A stretch of DNA of 64,000 bases. Origin: an uncultured Thermoleophilaceae bacterium. GTDB lineage: Bacteria > Actinomycetota > Thermoleophilia > Solirubrobacterales > Thermoleophilaceae. The position numbers were made by a program, and so were the translations under genes. The stretch covers positions 149,577 to 213,576 of the forward strand of contig CAWDLI010000016.1 in assembly GCA_963803245.1 (NCBI GenBank). The letters are read 5' to 3'. The notes under the pieces were generated by a model. The model was not told where the DNA came from and made no database searches. It saw only the letters and a list, made by a program, of their open reading frames with translations. This document shows positions 45,105 through 54,199 of the stretch, one piece after another. Each line of letters opens with the position of its first letter. Positions within the stretch are counted from its first letter, which is position 1.

Positions 45105-45548
45105 CTAGCGCGTCTCCTCTGCGAACAGCCGCTCGAGCCCGTCGAGCGCGCCCAGCACCTGCCTCCGCGCGGCTATCCGGAGCTGAAACGGAGCGAAGCG
45201 CGCCCAGCCACGCGGGCGCTGCACCAAGCTGATCCGGACGCGCGTGCCGCCGCCGTCGGGCGAAAGGGTGATCTCCGTGGCGGCCTCCGCCAGCAGCCGC
45301 TCGAACGGTGTGGCTGCCAGCTCCTGCCGCCACACCAGCCGGTGCGGCTCGTCGGCCTCCGCGCGGGTGTAGTCGGCCCTGACGGCCTTCCCCTTGCCGG
45401 ACATCATGACCGTCGTCCACGATTCCGGAGTGGCCTCCTCGACGCGGGTGACCCCGGGCCACCAGGCCGGCAGCCGATGTGGATCTGCCACCAGGCGCCA
45501 GACCTCGTCCAGGTCGGCCGCCAGAACCCGTTCGCGACGTACGGGCAC
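45105..45548 (-). CDS. SRPBCC (START/polyketide-cyclase-like) protein
   Basis: LDEVWRLVADPHRLPAWWPGV motif. GTG 45548 shares 1 nt with the apt stop. Confidence 0.7.
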   Translation of the reverse strand: MPVRRERVLAADLDEVWRLVADPHRLPAWWPGVTRVEEATPESWTTVMMSGKGKAVRADYTRAEADEPHRLVWRQELAATPFERLLAEAATEITLSPDGGGTRVRISLVQRPRGWARFAPFQLRIAARRQVLGALDGLERLFAEETR

Positions 45549-46066
45549 TAGTCGTCGTAGACCACGAGGCTGCGGACGTCGCGGGGACGCAGGCGCTCGC
45601 GGCCGTGGAGGAAGGCCAGCTCGATCACGAACGCGCATCCTGCCACGACTCCGCCCGCCCCCTCCACCAGGTCGCAGAGCGCGGCCGCCGTGCCGCCGGT
45701 GGCCAGGAGGTCATCGTGCACCAGCACCCGGGCGCCGCCGCGCACCGAGTCGCTGTGCACCTCGAGGGCATCCACGCCGTACTCGAGCTGGTACTCGACC
45801 GAGTCGGTCTCGCGCGGAAGCTTGCCCGGCTTGCGAGCGAGGATGAATCCGGCGCCGGCGGCGACGGCCAGCGCGCCGCCGAGCACGAAGCCGCGCGCCT
45901 CGGCCGACACCACGTAGTCCACGCGCAGCTCGCGCGCGTAGCCGGCGAGCGCGTCGACGGTCGTCCTGAGCGCCTCCGGGTCGAGGAACAGGGGGGTGAT
46001 GTCCTTGAAGACGATTCCCGGACGCGGGTAGTCCGGGATGTCCTGGATGTGCTCCTCGAGGTGCAC
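45548..46066 (-). CDS. apt: Adenine phosphoribosyltransferase
   Basis: IPDYPRPGIVFKDITPL and PRPP motif VLVHDDLLATGGTA. Confidence 0.85.
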   Translation of the reverse strand: MHLEEHIQDIPDYPRPGIVFKDITPLFLDPEALRTTVDALAGYARELRVDYVVSAEARGFVLGGALAVAAGAGFILARKPGKLPRETDSVEYQLEYGVDALEVHSDSVRGGARVLVHDDLLATGGTAAALCDLVEGAGGVVAGCAFVIELAFLHGRERLRPRDVRSLVVYDD

Positions 46067-46076
46067 GCAGCGCGGC

Positions 46077-46808
46077 TCAGCGAGCCAGCTTGCGGAGATC
46101 CCTGATGAGGAGCAGGTGCTTGAGGTGCGAGGAGATGGCCGCGAGGTTCTCCAGCGCCTCGACGGCCTCCTTGCGCCGCTCGGGGTTCCGCGAGCGAAGC
46201 GCCGGCGCGAGGATCTGCTCGAGCAGAGCGGCCTCTCGGTCTGCCGAGGTACGGAACACGCGCAGGTTGCGGCCACCGACCCCGAAGCGCTTCAGTTCCG
46301 TCACGGCGCGGATGATCTCGCGCTCGGTGTCGTCGTAGAGCACCTCTCCGTCGCGGCGCTCGGCCTTGATCACGCCGAAGTCCTCGAGCTCCTTCACGAG
46401 CGAGTGCTCGGCCCCGGTGTCCTCGAGCACGTCCTCGAGCTTGTAGAGCGAGCCAGGGCCGCGGAGAGCGACGGTGGTGCGCCTGCCCGAGCGCTGGTCG
46501 GGCGGGCTGGCCTTGGCCACCTCCGCGTCGTCCCTGCCGGCGGCCAGCTCCTGCCGGATCACGCGCAGCGGGAGAAACTCGTCGCGCTGGAGGCGGAGGA
46601 TCGTGCGCAGGCGGGCCAGGTCGGCCGCGCTGTAGAGGCGGTATCCCCCCGGCGTCCGGCGCGGGGCGAGCAGCTTCTGGTCCTCGAGATAGCGGATCTT
46701 CGAGATGGAGATGTCCGGGAACTCGCGCTCGAGCTGCTTGCAGACAGCGCCGATCGTGAGCGACTTCTCCTTGCGCGGCGGGGCCTCTGGGCCGGTCTCG
46801 ATGCTCAT
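46077..46808 (-). CDS. MerR-family transcriptional regulator
   Basis: LTIGAVCKQL....ISISKIRYLEDQKLLAPRRTPGGYRLYS HTH. A second MerR-like half follows. FHA-MerR synteny as in other actinobacteria. Confidence 0.8.
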   Translation of the reverse strand: MSIETGPEAPPRKEKSLTIGAVCKQLEREFPDISISKIRYLEDQKLLAPRRTPGGYRLYSAADLARLRTILRLQRDEFLPLRVIRQELAAGRDDAEVAKASPPDQRSGRRTTVALRGPGSLYKLEDVLEDTGAEHSLVKELEDFGVIKAERRDGEVLYDDTEREIIRAVTELKRFGVGGRNLRVFRTSADREAALLEQILAPALRSRNPERRKEAVEALENLAAISSHLKHLLLIRDLRKLAR

Positions 46809-47266
46809 GGGGTCAGATAGGTGAGCTTGTACTTGCCCACCTGGAGCTCGTCGCCGCCCTGGAGCCTGTGGGACTCGATCCTGCGGCGATTCACGTAGGT
46901 CCCGTTCAGCGAACCGAGATCGTCGATGTAGAGCCCGTCGCGGCGGCGCACGAGGAGAGCGTGGTTGCGTGAGACCGTCACGTCGTCCAGGAACACCTCA
47001 GCCTCAGGGCTGCGCCCGATCGTCATGCGCTCGCCCCCGACCGGAAACGCCTCACCGGAGCGGCCGCCGCCCGAGCGGATGACAAGCGTCGCGCCCTCGC
47101 CCGTGACCTCCTCGAGGTCCATGGGCTTGAGCTCGCCGGTCTCCCCCACCTGGAAGACCTCGGTGGTGTCGCCGTCCTTCTCCACATGGTCTGGCATGAA
47201 GGCACCGCACTTCTGGCAGTAGTTGGCGCCCTCGGCGTTCGCGAATCCACACTCGGGACAATGCAC
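46805..47266 (-). CDS. FHA-domain protein with N-terminal zinc ribbon (GarA/OdhI-like neighbourhood)
   Basis: MHCPECGFANAEGANYCQKCG, then FHA core IGRS...VFLDDVTVSRNHA....DLGSLNGTYVN. Confidence 0.85.
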   Translation of the reverse strand: MHCPECGFANAEGANYCQKCGAFMPDHVEKDGDTTEVFQVGETGELKPMDLEEVTGEGATLVIRSGGGRSGEAFPVGGERMTIGRSPEAEVFLDDVTVSRNHALLVRRRDGLYIDDLGSLNGTYVNRRRIESHRLQGGDELQVGKYKLTYLTP

Positions 47267-47274
47267 CGCTCCTC

Positions 47275-47535
47275 CTAGGAGGCGTCCGGGTCCTCCGGGA
47301 TTGCCTTCCCGGACAGGATGTCGGTGAGCTGCTGAACGTCGGCGCCGCTGATCACGGACTCGCCCTCCGAGTGCTTCTTCCGGAGGCGGTTCACCAGCTC
47401 CGCGCGCAGGATGTCGATCTTGCCGTGCAGGATCCGGCGACGGTAGGAAACCTCTTGCTCCTCCTCCGTCAGTTCCTGGATCATGTCCTTGAGCTCCTCG
47501 TCCGAGAGGGCACCGAGGTCAGGGAAGGTGTCCAT
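47275..47535 (-). CDS. Small coiled-coil protein with RsiG-like c-di-GMP-binding motif
   Basis: ATG 47535. MDTFPDLGALSDEELKDMIQELTEEEQEVSYRRRILHGKIDILRAEL matches E-x3-S-x2-RR-x2-(Q>H)-x3-D-x2-R. Confidence 0.5.
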   Translation of the reverse strand: MDTFPDLGALSDEELKDMIQELTEEEQEVSYRRRILHGKIDILRAELVNRLRKKHSEGESVISGADVQQLTDILSGKAIPEDPDAS

Positions 47536-47585
47536 GCAGCGCTTTCTTCCTTTCGACGAATGGGACGGCGAGTATAGCCCGATTC

Positions 47586-48218
47586 TCAAGCTGAGCTTGA
47601 GGGTGATTTCTCGCGGACGGCGCGAAGCCCTGCCGCCACATACTGCGCGGTGGCTCCGAAGGTGAGTGCGAGACCGAAGTAGAGCAGCGCGTCCGTGAAC
47701 CAGGTGTCCCACACCAGAACGAGCGCCAGAGCGGACATGACGGGCCACACGGCCCAGCGTCCGAGCATGTTGATCTCGAGGTCGAGCCCCCTGCGGAAGG
47801 CGATCCGGGTGAGGACCAGCATGAACGCCTCGCGGACCGCCAGGAGCGCCAGCGCCCAGCGCGGGAGCAGCTCGAAATGCCAGGCCACGATGGCCCCCGA
47901 GAGCACCAGCAGCCGGTCCGTGAGCGGGTCCAGCAGCGCGCCCAGGCGGCTGTACTGCCCCAGCACGCGCGCCGCCATGCCGTCGAGGTAGTCGCTCCAC
48001 GCGATCACGGCGAACAGGACGAAGGCGAGCGTGTCGCGCCCGTCGTCGGAGCTCAGCGCGACCGCCAGGAACACCGGGATGAGCGCGAGCCGCACCAGCC
48101 CGATGGCGTTGGGGATCGTCCAGGGATTGAGTGGCTGGGCGCGCCGCGTCTCCGGCGGCGGTCCGCCCGATCGGTCCAGGCCCAGCAGGCGGCGGGTCGT
48201 CAGGGGAGATCGCGCCAC
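47586..48218 (-). CDS. pgsA: CDP-alcohol phosphatidyltransferase (PgsA-like)
   Basis: DGMAARVLGQYSRLGALLDPLTD is the CDP-alcohol phosphatidyltransferase motif. Multiple TM helices. The start is uncertain. Confidence 0.85.
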   Translation of the reverse strand: MARSPLTTRRLLGLDRSGGPPPETRRAQPLNPWTIPNAIGLVRLALIPVFLAVALSSDDGRDTLAFVLFAVIAWSDYLDGMAARVLGQYSRLGALLDPLTDRLLVLSGAIVAWHFELLPRWALALLAVREAFMLVLTRIAFRRGLDLEINMLGRWAVWPVMSALALVLVWDTWFTDALLYFGLALTFGATAQYVAAGLRAVREKSPSSSA

Positions 48219-49897
48219 AGCGCCGCCACCTCCGCGGCTGCTCCCTCCAGCGACAGCGAGCGCTTCTCGCGCCCGCGCCGGACCTGCACCTCGAGCTCAC
48301 CCGACTCCACGCTGCGCTTGCCGACCGTCAGGCGCAGAGGGCACCCGACCAGCTCCGCGTCGGCGAACTTCTCGCCCGCGCTGGACGTGCGGTCGTCGTA
48401 GAGCACCTCGAGACCGGTCTCACGCAGCTCCTCGTAGAGGCGGTCGGCCACGGTTCGCGCCTCCTCCCCCTCCTTGCCCAGCGTCACGAGCTCCACGTCG
48501 AACGGCGCGACGGCGCGCGGCCAGGCGATGCCCTGCTCATCGGCGCTCTGCTCGACCGCGGCGGCCACCACGCGCGCCGGGCCGATGCCGTACGACCCCA
48601 TCCATATGTGCTGCTCGCGCCCCTCGTCGTCGAGGAAGGTCGCGCCCAGCGGCTCGGAGTAGCGGAGGCCCAGCTTGAAGATGTTCCCGATCTCGATCGC
48701 GGGCTCGATCGTGATCTTCGCGCCGTCCGGGGCGATGTCGCCGGCCTCCACGCTGCGCACGTCGGCCCAGGTCGGCTCGAAGTCGCGCCCGGGCTCCACG
48801 CCGCGCAGGTGCAGGTCCGCCTCGTTTCCGCCGGCCACGAGCCCGTGCAGGCCCTCGAGGGCTTTGTCGGCCACCACCTCGACGGGCGCGCCCACGGGGC
48901 CGATGAAGCCGGGCACCGCGCCGAACACGCTCTTGACCTCCTCGGGCTCGGCGGTTCGCACCGCCGCGCCGAGCTCGTTCTGAAGCTTGATCTCGTTGAG
49001 GCGATGGTCGCCGCGAACGACCACCAGCACGGGGCCCCGATCCTCGACGAACACCGGAAAGGCCTTGATGATCGCCCCGGAGGGAACCCCCAGCTGGCCG
49101 GCCACCTGCTCGACGGTGGCGGCCTTGGGGGTCTCCACCCGCTCCGGCTCCCCAAGGGCCGCGGGAAGGCCGTCCACGGGCTGCGGGGTGGCGCTCGCCA
49201 CCTCCACGTTCGCCGCATAGCCCCCCGAGGAGAGGGCCACGTCGTTCTCCCCGGCCGGACAGGGCGCCATGTACTCGTGGGCGCCGAAGCCGCCCATCGC
49301 CCCGACGTCGGACTCGACCCGGTACCACTCGAGCCCGGCGCGGTCGAAGATCCGGTCGTATGCCTCCACGAAGCGGTTGTAGGAGCGATCGAGCCCCTCA
49401 CGGTCGCGGTCGAACGAGTACGCGTCCTTCATGATGAACTCGCGCGTGCGGAGCACTCCGGCGCGCGGTCGCGCCTCGTCGCGCTCCTTAGTCTGGAAGT
49501 GGTAGAGCAGCTTCGGGAGGTCGCGGTATGAGCGGACCTCGCGCGCCATGTGGAACGTGAGGTTCTCCTCGTGCGACAGCGCGAGCACAAGCTCGGCGCC
49601 GCGGCGGTCCTGCAGCTTGAAGACCTCGTCGATGTCGTAGCGCCCGCTGCGCTTCCAGATCTCGGCCGGCTGGAGCACCGGCATGAGCATCTCCCAGCAC
49701 CCGATCGCCTCGAGCTCCTCGCGGATGATCTGCTCCACCCGCCGGTGCGAGCGCCAGCCCGCCGGAAGCCAGGTCCAGAGCCCGGCGCCGACCTGGCGCG
49801 CCATGCCCGCACGCACGAGCAGGCGGTGCGAAACGGCCTCCGCGTCGGCGGGGGCCTCCTTCTCGGTCGGCAGAAAGTAGTCGGAGAGGCGGGTCAC
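48200..49897 (-). CDS. proS: Prolyl-tRNA synthetase (bacterial type with editing domain)
   Basis: GTG 49897 (VTRLSDYFLPTEKE). Class II motifs and the length fit ProRS. Confidence 0.9.
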   Translation of the reverse strand: MTRLSDYFLPTEKEAPADAEAVSHRLLVRAGMARQVGAGLWTWLPAGWRSHRRVEQIIREELEAIGCWEMLMPVLQPAEIWKRSGRYDIDEVFKLQDRRGAELVLALSHEENLTFHMAREVRSYRDLPKLLYHFQTKERDEARPRAGVLRTREFIMKDAYSFDRDREGLDRSYNRFVEAYDRIFDRAGLEWYRVESDVGAMGGFGAHEYMAPCPAGENDVALSSGGYAANVEVASATPQPVDGLPAALGEPERVETPKAATVEQVAGQLGVPSGAIIKAFPVFVEDRGPVLVVVRGDHRLNEIKLQNELGAAVRTAEPEEVKSVFGAVPGFIGPVGAPVEVVADKALEGLHGLVAGGNEADLHLRGVEPGRDFEPTWADVRSVEAGDIAPDGAKITIEPAIEIGNIFKLGLRYSEPLGATFLDDEGREQHIWMGSYGIGPARVVAAAVEQSADEQGIAWPRAVAPFDVELVTLGKEGEEARTVADRLYEELRETGLEVLYDDRTSSAGEKFADAELVGCPLRLTVGKRSVESGELEVQVRRGREKRSLSLEGAAAEVAALWRDLP

Positions 49898-49956
49898 GGC
49901 GGCGAGTCTATTGCGGGCGGGCTCAGGGACTTGGCCAAATGACCGATGCATAGAGG

Positions 49957-52014
49957 GTGAAAGAAGTACCTCGCTTGGGCCGAACGGGCCGGGTGCTCTG
50001 GACGTTCGTTGCCCTCGTCATGGCCGCATACGCGGCCCATACCGCGTTCCACATCGGCTCGGGGTGGTTTTACGAGGGCCTGATGTACAGCGGGCTCATC
50101 GGGGCCGCGGCCGTTGCCTGCTTCGCGCGCGCGTGGCGCGTGGAGCGCGAGCGGGCCGCCTGGACGGCCATGGGCGTGGGTCTCGCGGCGTGGATGGGCG
50201 GCGAGATCTACTGGACCGTGGTCCTCAACTACGAGGACGTGGTGCCGGTGCCCTCGCTCGCGGACGGCCTCTACTTCACCTTCTACGGCGCCAGCTACGT
50301 GGCACTCGTGCTGCTGATTCGCGGGCGCATGCAGAAGTTCCGGTCGAGCCTCTGGCTGGACGGCGCCATCGCGGCCACCGCGGTTGCGGCGTTCGCCGGC
50401 GCCGTCGCCTTCGGGCCGATCGTCGAAGCAACGGTCGGGGACCCCGTCACCGTCGCGGTGAATCTCGCGTACCCGCTTGGCGACCTCCTTCTTCTGAGCC
50501 TCGTCGTGGCCAGCTTCGCGCTCTCGGGCTGGCGTCCGGACCGTGGCTGGATCCTCATGGGGCTCGGCCTCGGGCTGATGGCGGTCGGCGACGGCGTGTA
50601 CCTGTTCCAGGCCGCCGAGGGCACGTACGTGGAGGGCACCATGCTGGACGCCCTCTGGCCGGCCGCCGCGCTGCTCGTGGGTGCCGCCGCCTGGCAGCCG
50701 GTCGGCACGCGCGTGGCTCCGAGGCTCGAGGGCTGGCGCGTGGTGGCGATTCCGGCGGTCGCGGGCCTCGCTGCCGTGGGCCTCCAGACCTACGACCACT
50801 TCCAGCGCATCTCCGACGGCGCGCTGGTGCTCGCCGCCGCGACGCTCGTGCTCGTGACGGTGCGGATGGCCCTGACCTTCCGCGAGAACCAGCTGATGAT
50901 CCGGCACACGGAGCACGAGGCGAACACGGACGCGCTCACGGGACTGCGCAACCGGCGCAGCCTGATGACCGACCTCGAGCACGAGCTGGAGCTCGCGACC
51001 GCGGAGCAGCCGCGCGTGCTGGTCCTCTTCGACCTGGACGGCTTCAAGCAGTACAACGACGCCTTCGGGCACCTGGCCGGGGACGGGCTCCTGGCGCGGC
51101 TCGGATCGCGCCTCGAATGGGTCGTCGTCGGCCAGGGCCGCGCCTACCGGCTGGGCGGGGACGAGTTCTGCGTGCTCTTCACTCCGGGCGCCGCGGGCGT
51201 CGACCCGCTGCTGGCCTCCTGCTCGGCCGCGCTCACCGAGAGCGGCGAGGGGTTCTCCATCGGGGCCTCCCACGGCGCCGTGGTGGCCCCGGGCGAGGTC
51301 GAGGACGCCACGGAGGCCCTGCAGCTCGCGGACCGGCGCATGTACGCTCAGAAGGGCGGTCACAGGATGTCGGCCGGGCGCCAGTCGCGTGACGTGCTCC
51401 TCAGCACCCTGACCGAGCGCGAGCCACAGCTGGGCGAGCACCTTCACGACGTGGCGAAGCTGGCGCTGGCGGTCGGACGCGAGCTGGAGATGGGCCCCGA
51501 GGAGCTCGACGAGGTGGCCCGCGCGGCGGAGCTCCACGACGTCGGCAAGGTGGCGATCCCCGACGCGATCCTGAGCAAGCGCGGTCCGCTCGACGAGGCC
51601 GAGCAGAGCTTCATGCGCCGTCACACGATCATCGGGGAGCGGATCCTGCTTTCGGCGCCCGCCCTGCGCCCCGTCGCGCGGCTGGTGCGCTCGAGTCACG
51701 AGCGCTGGGACGGCGCCGGCTATCCCGACGGCCTGGCGGGCGAGGACATTCCGCTCGGGGCCCGGATCGTGTCGGTGTGCGACGCGTTCGACGCCATGAC
51801 CACCGACCGCCCGTACCGGGAGAAGATCTCCGAGCGCGAGGCCCTGGATGAGCTGATCGCGTGTGCTGGCACTCAATTCGACCAGTGCGTGGTCGACGCC
51901 TTCGCTCGCGCGCTGGCGGCGCTCCGGCCCGACGAGGCCGAGGTTACGGCCGAGACAGGGAACGGATCTGCGCCATCACCTCCTTCGGCGCGGTATCGAG
52001 CCTCCTCGCGGTGA
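49957..52014 (+). CDS. Membrane-anchored GGDEF diguanylate cyclase fused to HD-GYP phosphodiesterase
   Basis: About 8 TM helices, then DALTGLRNRR...RLGGDEFCVLF (GGDEF), then HDVGKVAIPD...HERWDGAGYPDGL (HD-GYP). Confidence 0.85.
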   Translation: MKEVPRLGRTGRVLWTFVALVMAAYAAHTAFHIGSGWFYEGLMYSGLIGAAAVACFARAWRVERERAAWTAMGVGLAAWMGGEIYWTVVLNYEDVVPVPSLADGLYFTFYGASYVALVLLIRGRMQKFRSSLWLDGAIAATAVAAFAGAVAFGPIVEATVGDPVTVAVNLAYPLGDLLLLSLVVASFALSGWRPDRGWILMGLGLGLMAVGDGVYLFQAAEGTYVEGTMLDALWPAAALLVGAAAWQPVGTRVAPRLEGWRVVAIPAVAGLAAVGLQTYDHFQRISDGALVLAAATLVLVTVRMALTFRENQLMIRHTEHEANTDALTGLRNRRSLMTDLEHELELATAEQPRVLVLFDLDGFKQYNDAFGHLAGDGLLARLGSRLEWVVVGQGRAYRLGGDEFCVLFTPGAAGVDPLLASCSAALTESGEGFSIGASHGAVVAPGEVEDATEALQLADRRMYAQKGGHRMSAGRQSRDVLLSTLTEREPQLGEHLHDVAKLALAVGRELEMGPEELDEVARAAELHDVGKVAIPDAILSKRGPLDEAEQSFMRRHTIIGERILLSAPALRPVARLVRSSHERWDGAGYPDGLAGEDIPLGARIVSVCDAFDAMTTDRPYREKISEREALDELIACAGTQFDQCVVDAFARALAALRPDEAEVTAETGNGSAPSPPSARYRASSR

Positions 52015-52840
52015 TCCGCACCACCCGCTGACCGGCCAGGGTCAGCTCCGCGTCGCGCACGCGGTCCTCCTCGAACGCCCGCCGCGTGGCATGGGCCGCC
52101 CGGCCGTCCAGCTCCACGACCAGCCCCGCCTCGCGCCAGAGAAGGTCGACCTCGTGCCCGTGCAGGACCGTGTTGACCTCGGGCCGATCGAGGCCGTGCG
52201 AGTCGCAGAGCTCGATGAAGAGATCCTCGAGCTCCGACCTCGTCCGGGTGCTGCCGGCCTGGTGGTCGGCGAGGACGGCGCGGAGCCTGCCGTAACCGGG
52301 CCGCCCATGGATCGGCCCGAGGCCCGTGCAGTCGAGCCGGAGGTACTCGGCCTCGTCAAAGGCCCGCTCGAGCGCTCGCCTGGGCAGGACGTCGGCGAGA
52401 TCCACGAGCGTGCGGGCGGGCGTGGTGACGGGGATGCCGTCGACGAGGGTGACGTCGTCGGGGCCGAGGCGCGCCCGGTGTAGACGGATTCCCTTCCGCC
52501 GAGCACGCCCGCCACGACCCGGAACCGTTACGTCTGCCCATGCGCTGGCGCTTGGACGGATGCACCAAACCGCCGCGGCCGCCCGGTGACTCAGCGCTGC
52601 ACCCGATCCACACGCGAGAACGGCAGCCATGAAGAACGCCGAGCCGCTCAGACGTGGATGACCTACCGCGTAGACGCCGCGGTGGAGACGGTGAAGCCGT
52701 CCCCGCCGAAGGCGCCCCTCAATGGCGTGCTCGCTGAGCCCGAGCGCATACAGCTGAGCACGCGAGACAACGCCGTACTGCTGTTCCGCGAGCTCCGCAA
52801 TGCGGCGATCCGGGTGGTCCTGGGCGACATCCCCGTCCAT
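51944..52840 (-). CDS. AbiEi-like N-terminal HTH + DUF559 (Vsr-like endonuclease fold) protein
   Basis: GVVSRAQLYALGLSEHAIEGRLRRGRLHRLHRGVY N-domain. C-terminal EVDLLWREAGLVVELDGRAAH....D..RD..L...G..V.R pattern typical of DUF559. Confidence 0.7.
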   Translation of the reverse strand: MDGDVAQDHPDRRIAELAEQQYGVVSRAQLYALGLSEHAIEGRLRRGRLHRLHRGVYAVGHPRLSGSAFFMAAVLACGSGAALSHRAAAAVWCIRPSASAWADVTVPGRGGRARRKGIRLHRARLGPDDVTLVDGIPVTTPARTLVDLADVLPRRALERAFDEAEYLRLDCTGLGPIHGRPGYGRLRAVLADHQAGSTRTRSELEDLFIELCDSHGLDRPEVNTVLHGHEVDLLWREAGLVVELDGRAAHATRRAFEEDRVRDAELTLAGQRVVRITARRLDTAPKEVMAQIRSLSRP

Positions 52841-52876
52841 ATGACGGGTAACTCGCCCAGGGGTCGGGTTCGCCCC

Positions 52877-54193
52877 CTACGCGCGGGTGAAGCGGCGGCC
52901 TTCGGTGGGCGATTCGTCCTCGCCCAGCACCACGCGCTTCGAGGCGGAGCCGTTTCCGGCGTCGCCGGCCATCGGCAGGGCCGTGCCCTCGGAGGCGGCC
53001 TGCTCGGCGGCCGCGGCGGCCTCCATCGCGGCGATTCGCTCGGGCGTGAGCTCGCCGGCGTTCTCCTCCTCGATCTGCGAGAGCCAGGCGGCGCCCTCGG
53101 CGGCCTTGCGCTGGTCCACCACCACGCGTCCCTCGGCGAGCGACTTGTCGATCTCGGCGAACAGCTCGTCCACCAGCCGGTCCTGCGCCACCTTCCGCAG
53201 CGGCTCCCCATGGGCGAAGATCAGACCTTCGTTCTTGGCGCCCGTGATGCCGAAGTCAGCATGCGACGCCTCGCCGATGCCGTTGACGGCGCAGCCGAGC
53301 ACGGCAACCTCGATCGGGTCGTCGTAGCGGCGCAGCCGCTCCTCGATCTCGGCCACCACGGTGTCCATGTCGAACTGGAGCCGCCCGCAGGTGGGACAGG
53401 CGATCAGGACGGGGCCGCGCTCGCGCAGCTTCAGCGCCTTCAGCACCTCCCACGCCACCTTGACCTCCTCCTCCGCATGGAAGGTGGAGAGCGAGATGCG
53501 GATCGTGTCGCCGATGCCGTCGGCCAGCAGCGTGCCCAGGCCGACCGCCGACTTCAGCGAGCCGGACCACTTGGTGCCCGCCTCGGTGATCCCGAGGTGG
53601 AGCGGGTACTCCACGCGCGCCGACAGCAGCCGGTTGGCCGCGATCGTGTTCGGCACGTTCGTCGACTTGATCGACACCTTGAAGTCCTGGAAGTCGAGCT
53701 GCTCCATCAGCTGCACGTACTCCTCGGCCGCGCCCACGAGCGCCTCCACCGGGTTCGAGCGCTCCAGCTCGTGCAGGTGCTTCGGCAGCGAGCCTGAGTT
53801 GACGCCGACCCGGATCGGCACGCCGGCCGCGCGGGCCTTGTCCACCACCTCGCGCGTCTTCTCGTGCCCGCCGATGTTGCCGGGGTTGATCCGGATGCAG
53901 TGGGCGCCGGCGTCGATGGCCTTGAGCGCCAGCGTGTGGTTGAAATGGATGTCCGCGATCACCGGGATCGGCGACTCGCGCACGATCTTGCGCAGGGCCT
54001 CCACGTCCTTGTCCCGCGGCACCGCGCAGCGCACGAGATCCGCGCCCTCGTCGGCGATCGCGTGGATCTGGCGCATCGTCGCCTCGTAGTCGGCGGTCTC
54101 GGTCTTCGTCATCGACTGGACCGCGACGGGAGCTCCCCCGCCGATCTTCACCCCGCCAACGTCGATCTGCCGCTTGGAGGCCACGCCCCCCAA
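52877..54193 (-). CDS. ispG: HMBPP synthase IspG, with ~55-aa Ala/Glu-rich C-terminal tail
   Basis: GGGAPVAVQSMT, ACPTCGR and GCAVNG cluster motifs. Confidence 0.9.
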   Translation of the reverse strand: MGGVASKRQIDVGGVKIGGGAPVAVQSMTKTETADYEATMRQIHAIADEGADLVRCAVPRDKDVEALRKIVRESPIPVIADIHFNHTLALKAIDAGAHCIRINPGNIGGHEKTREVVDKARAAGVPIRVGVNSGSLPKHLHELERSNPVEALVGAAEEYVQLMEQLDFQDFKVSIKSTNVPNTIAANRLLSARVEYPLHLGITEAGTKWSGSLKSAVGLGTLLADGIGDTIRISLSTFHAEEEVKVAWEVLKALKLRERGPVLIACPTCGRLQFDMDTVVAEIEERLRRYDDPIEVAVLGCAVNGIGEASHADFGITGAKNEGLIFAHGEPLRKVAQDRLVDELFAEIDKSLAEGRVVVDQRKAAEGAAWLSQIEEENAGELTPERIAAMEAAAAAEQAASEGTALPMAGDAGNGSASKRVVLGEDESPTEGRRFTRA

Positions 54194-54199
54194 GGGTAT

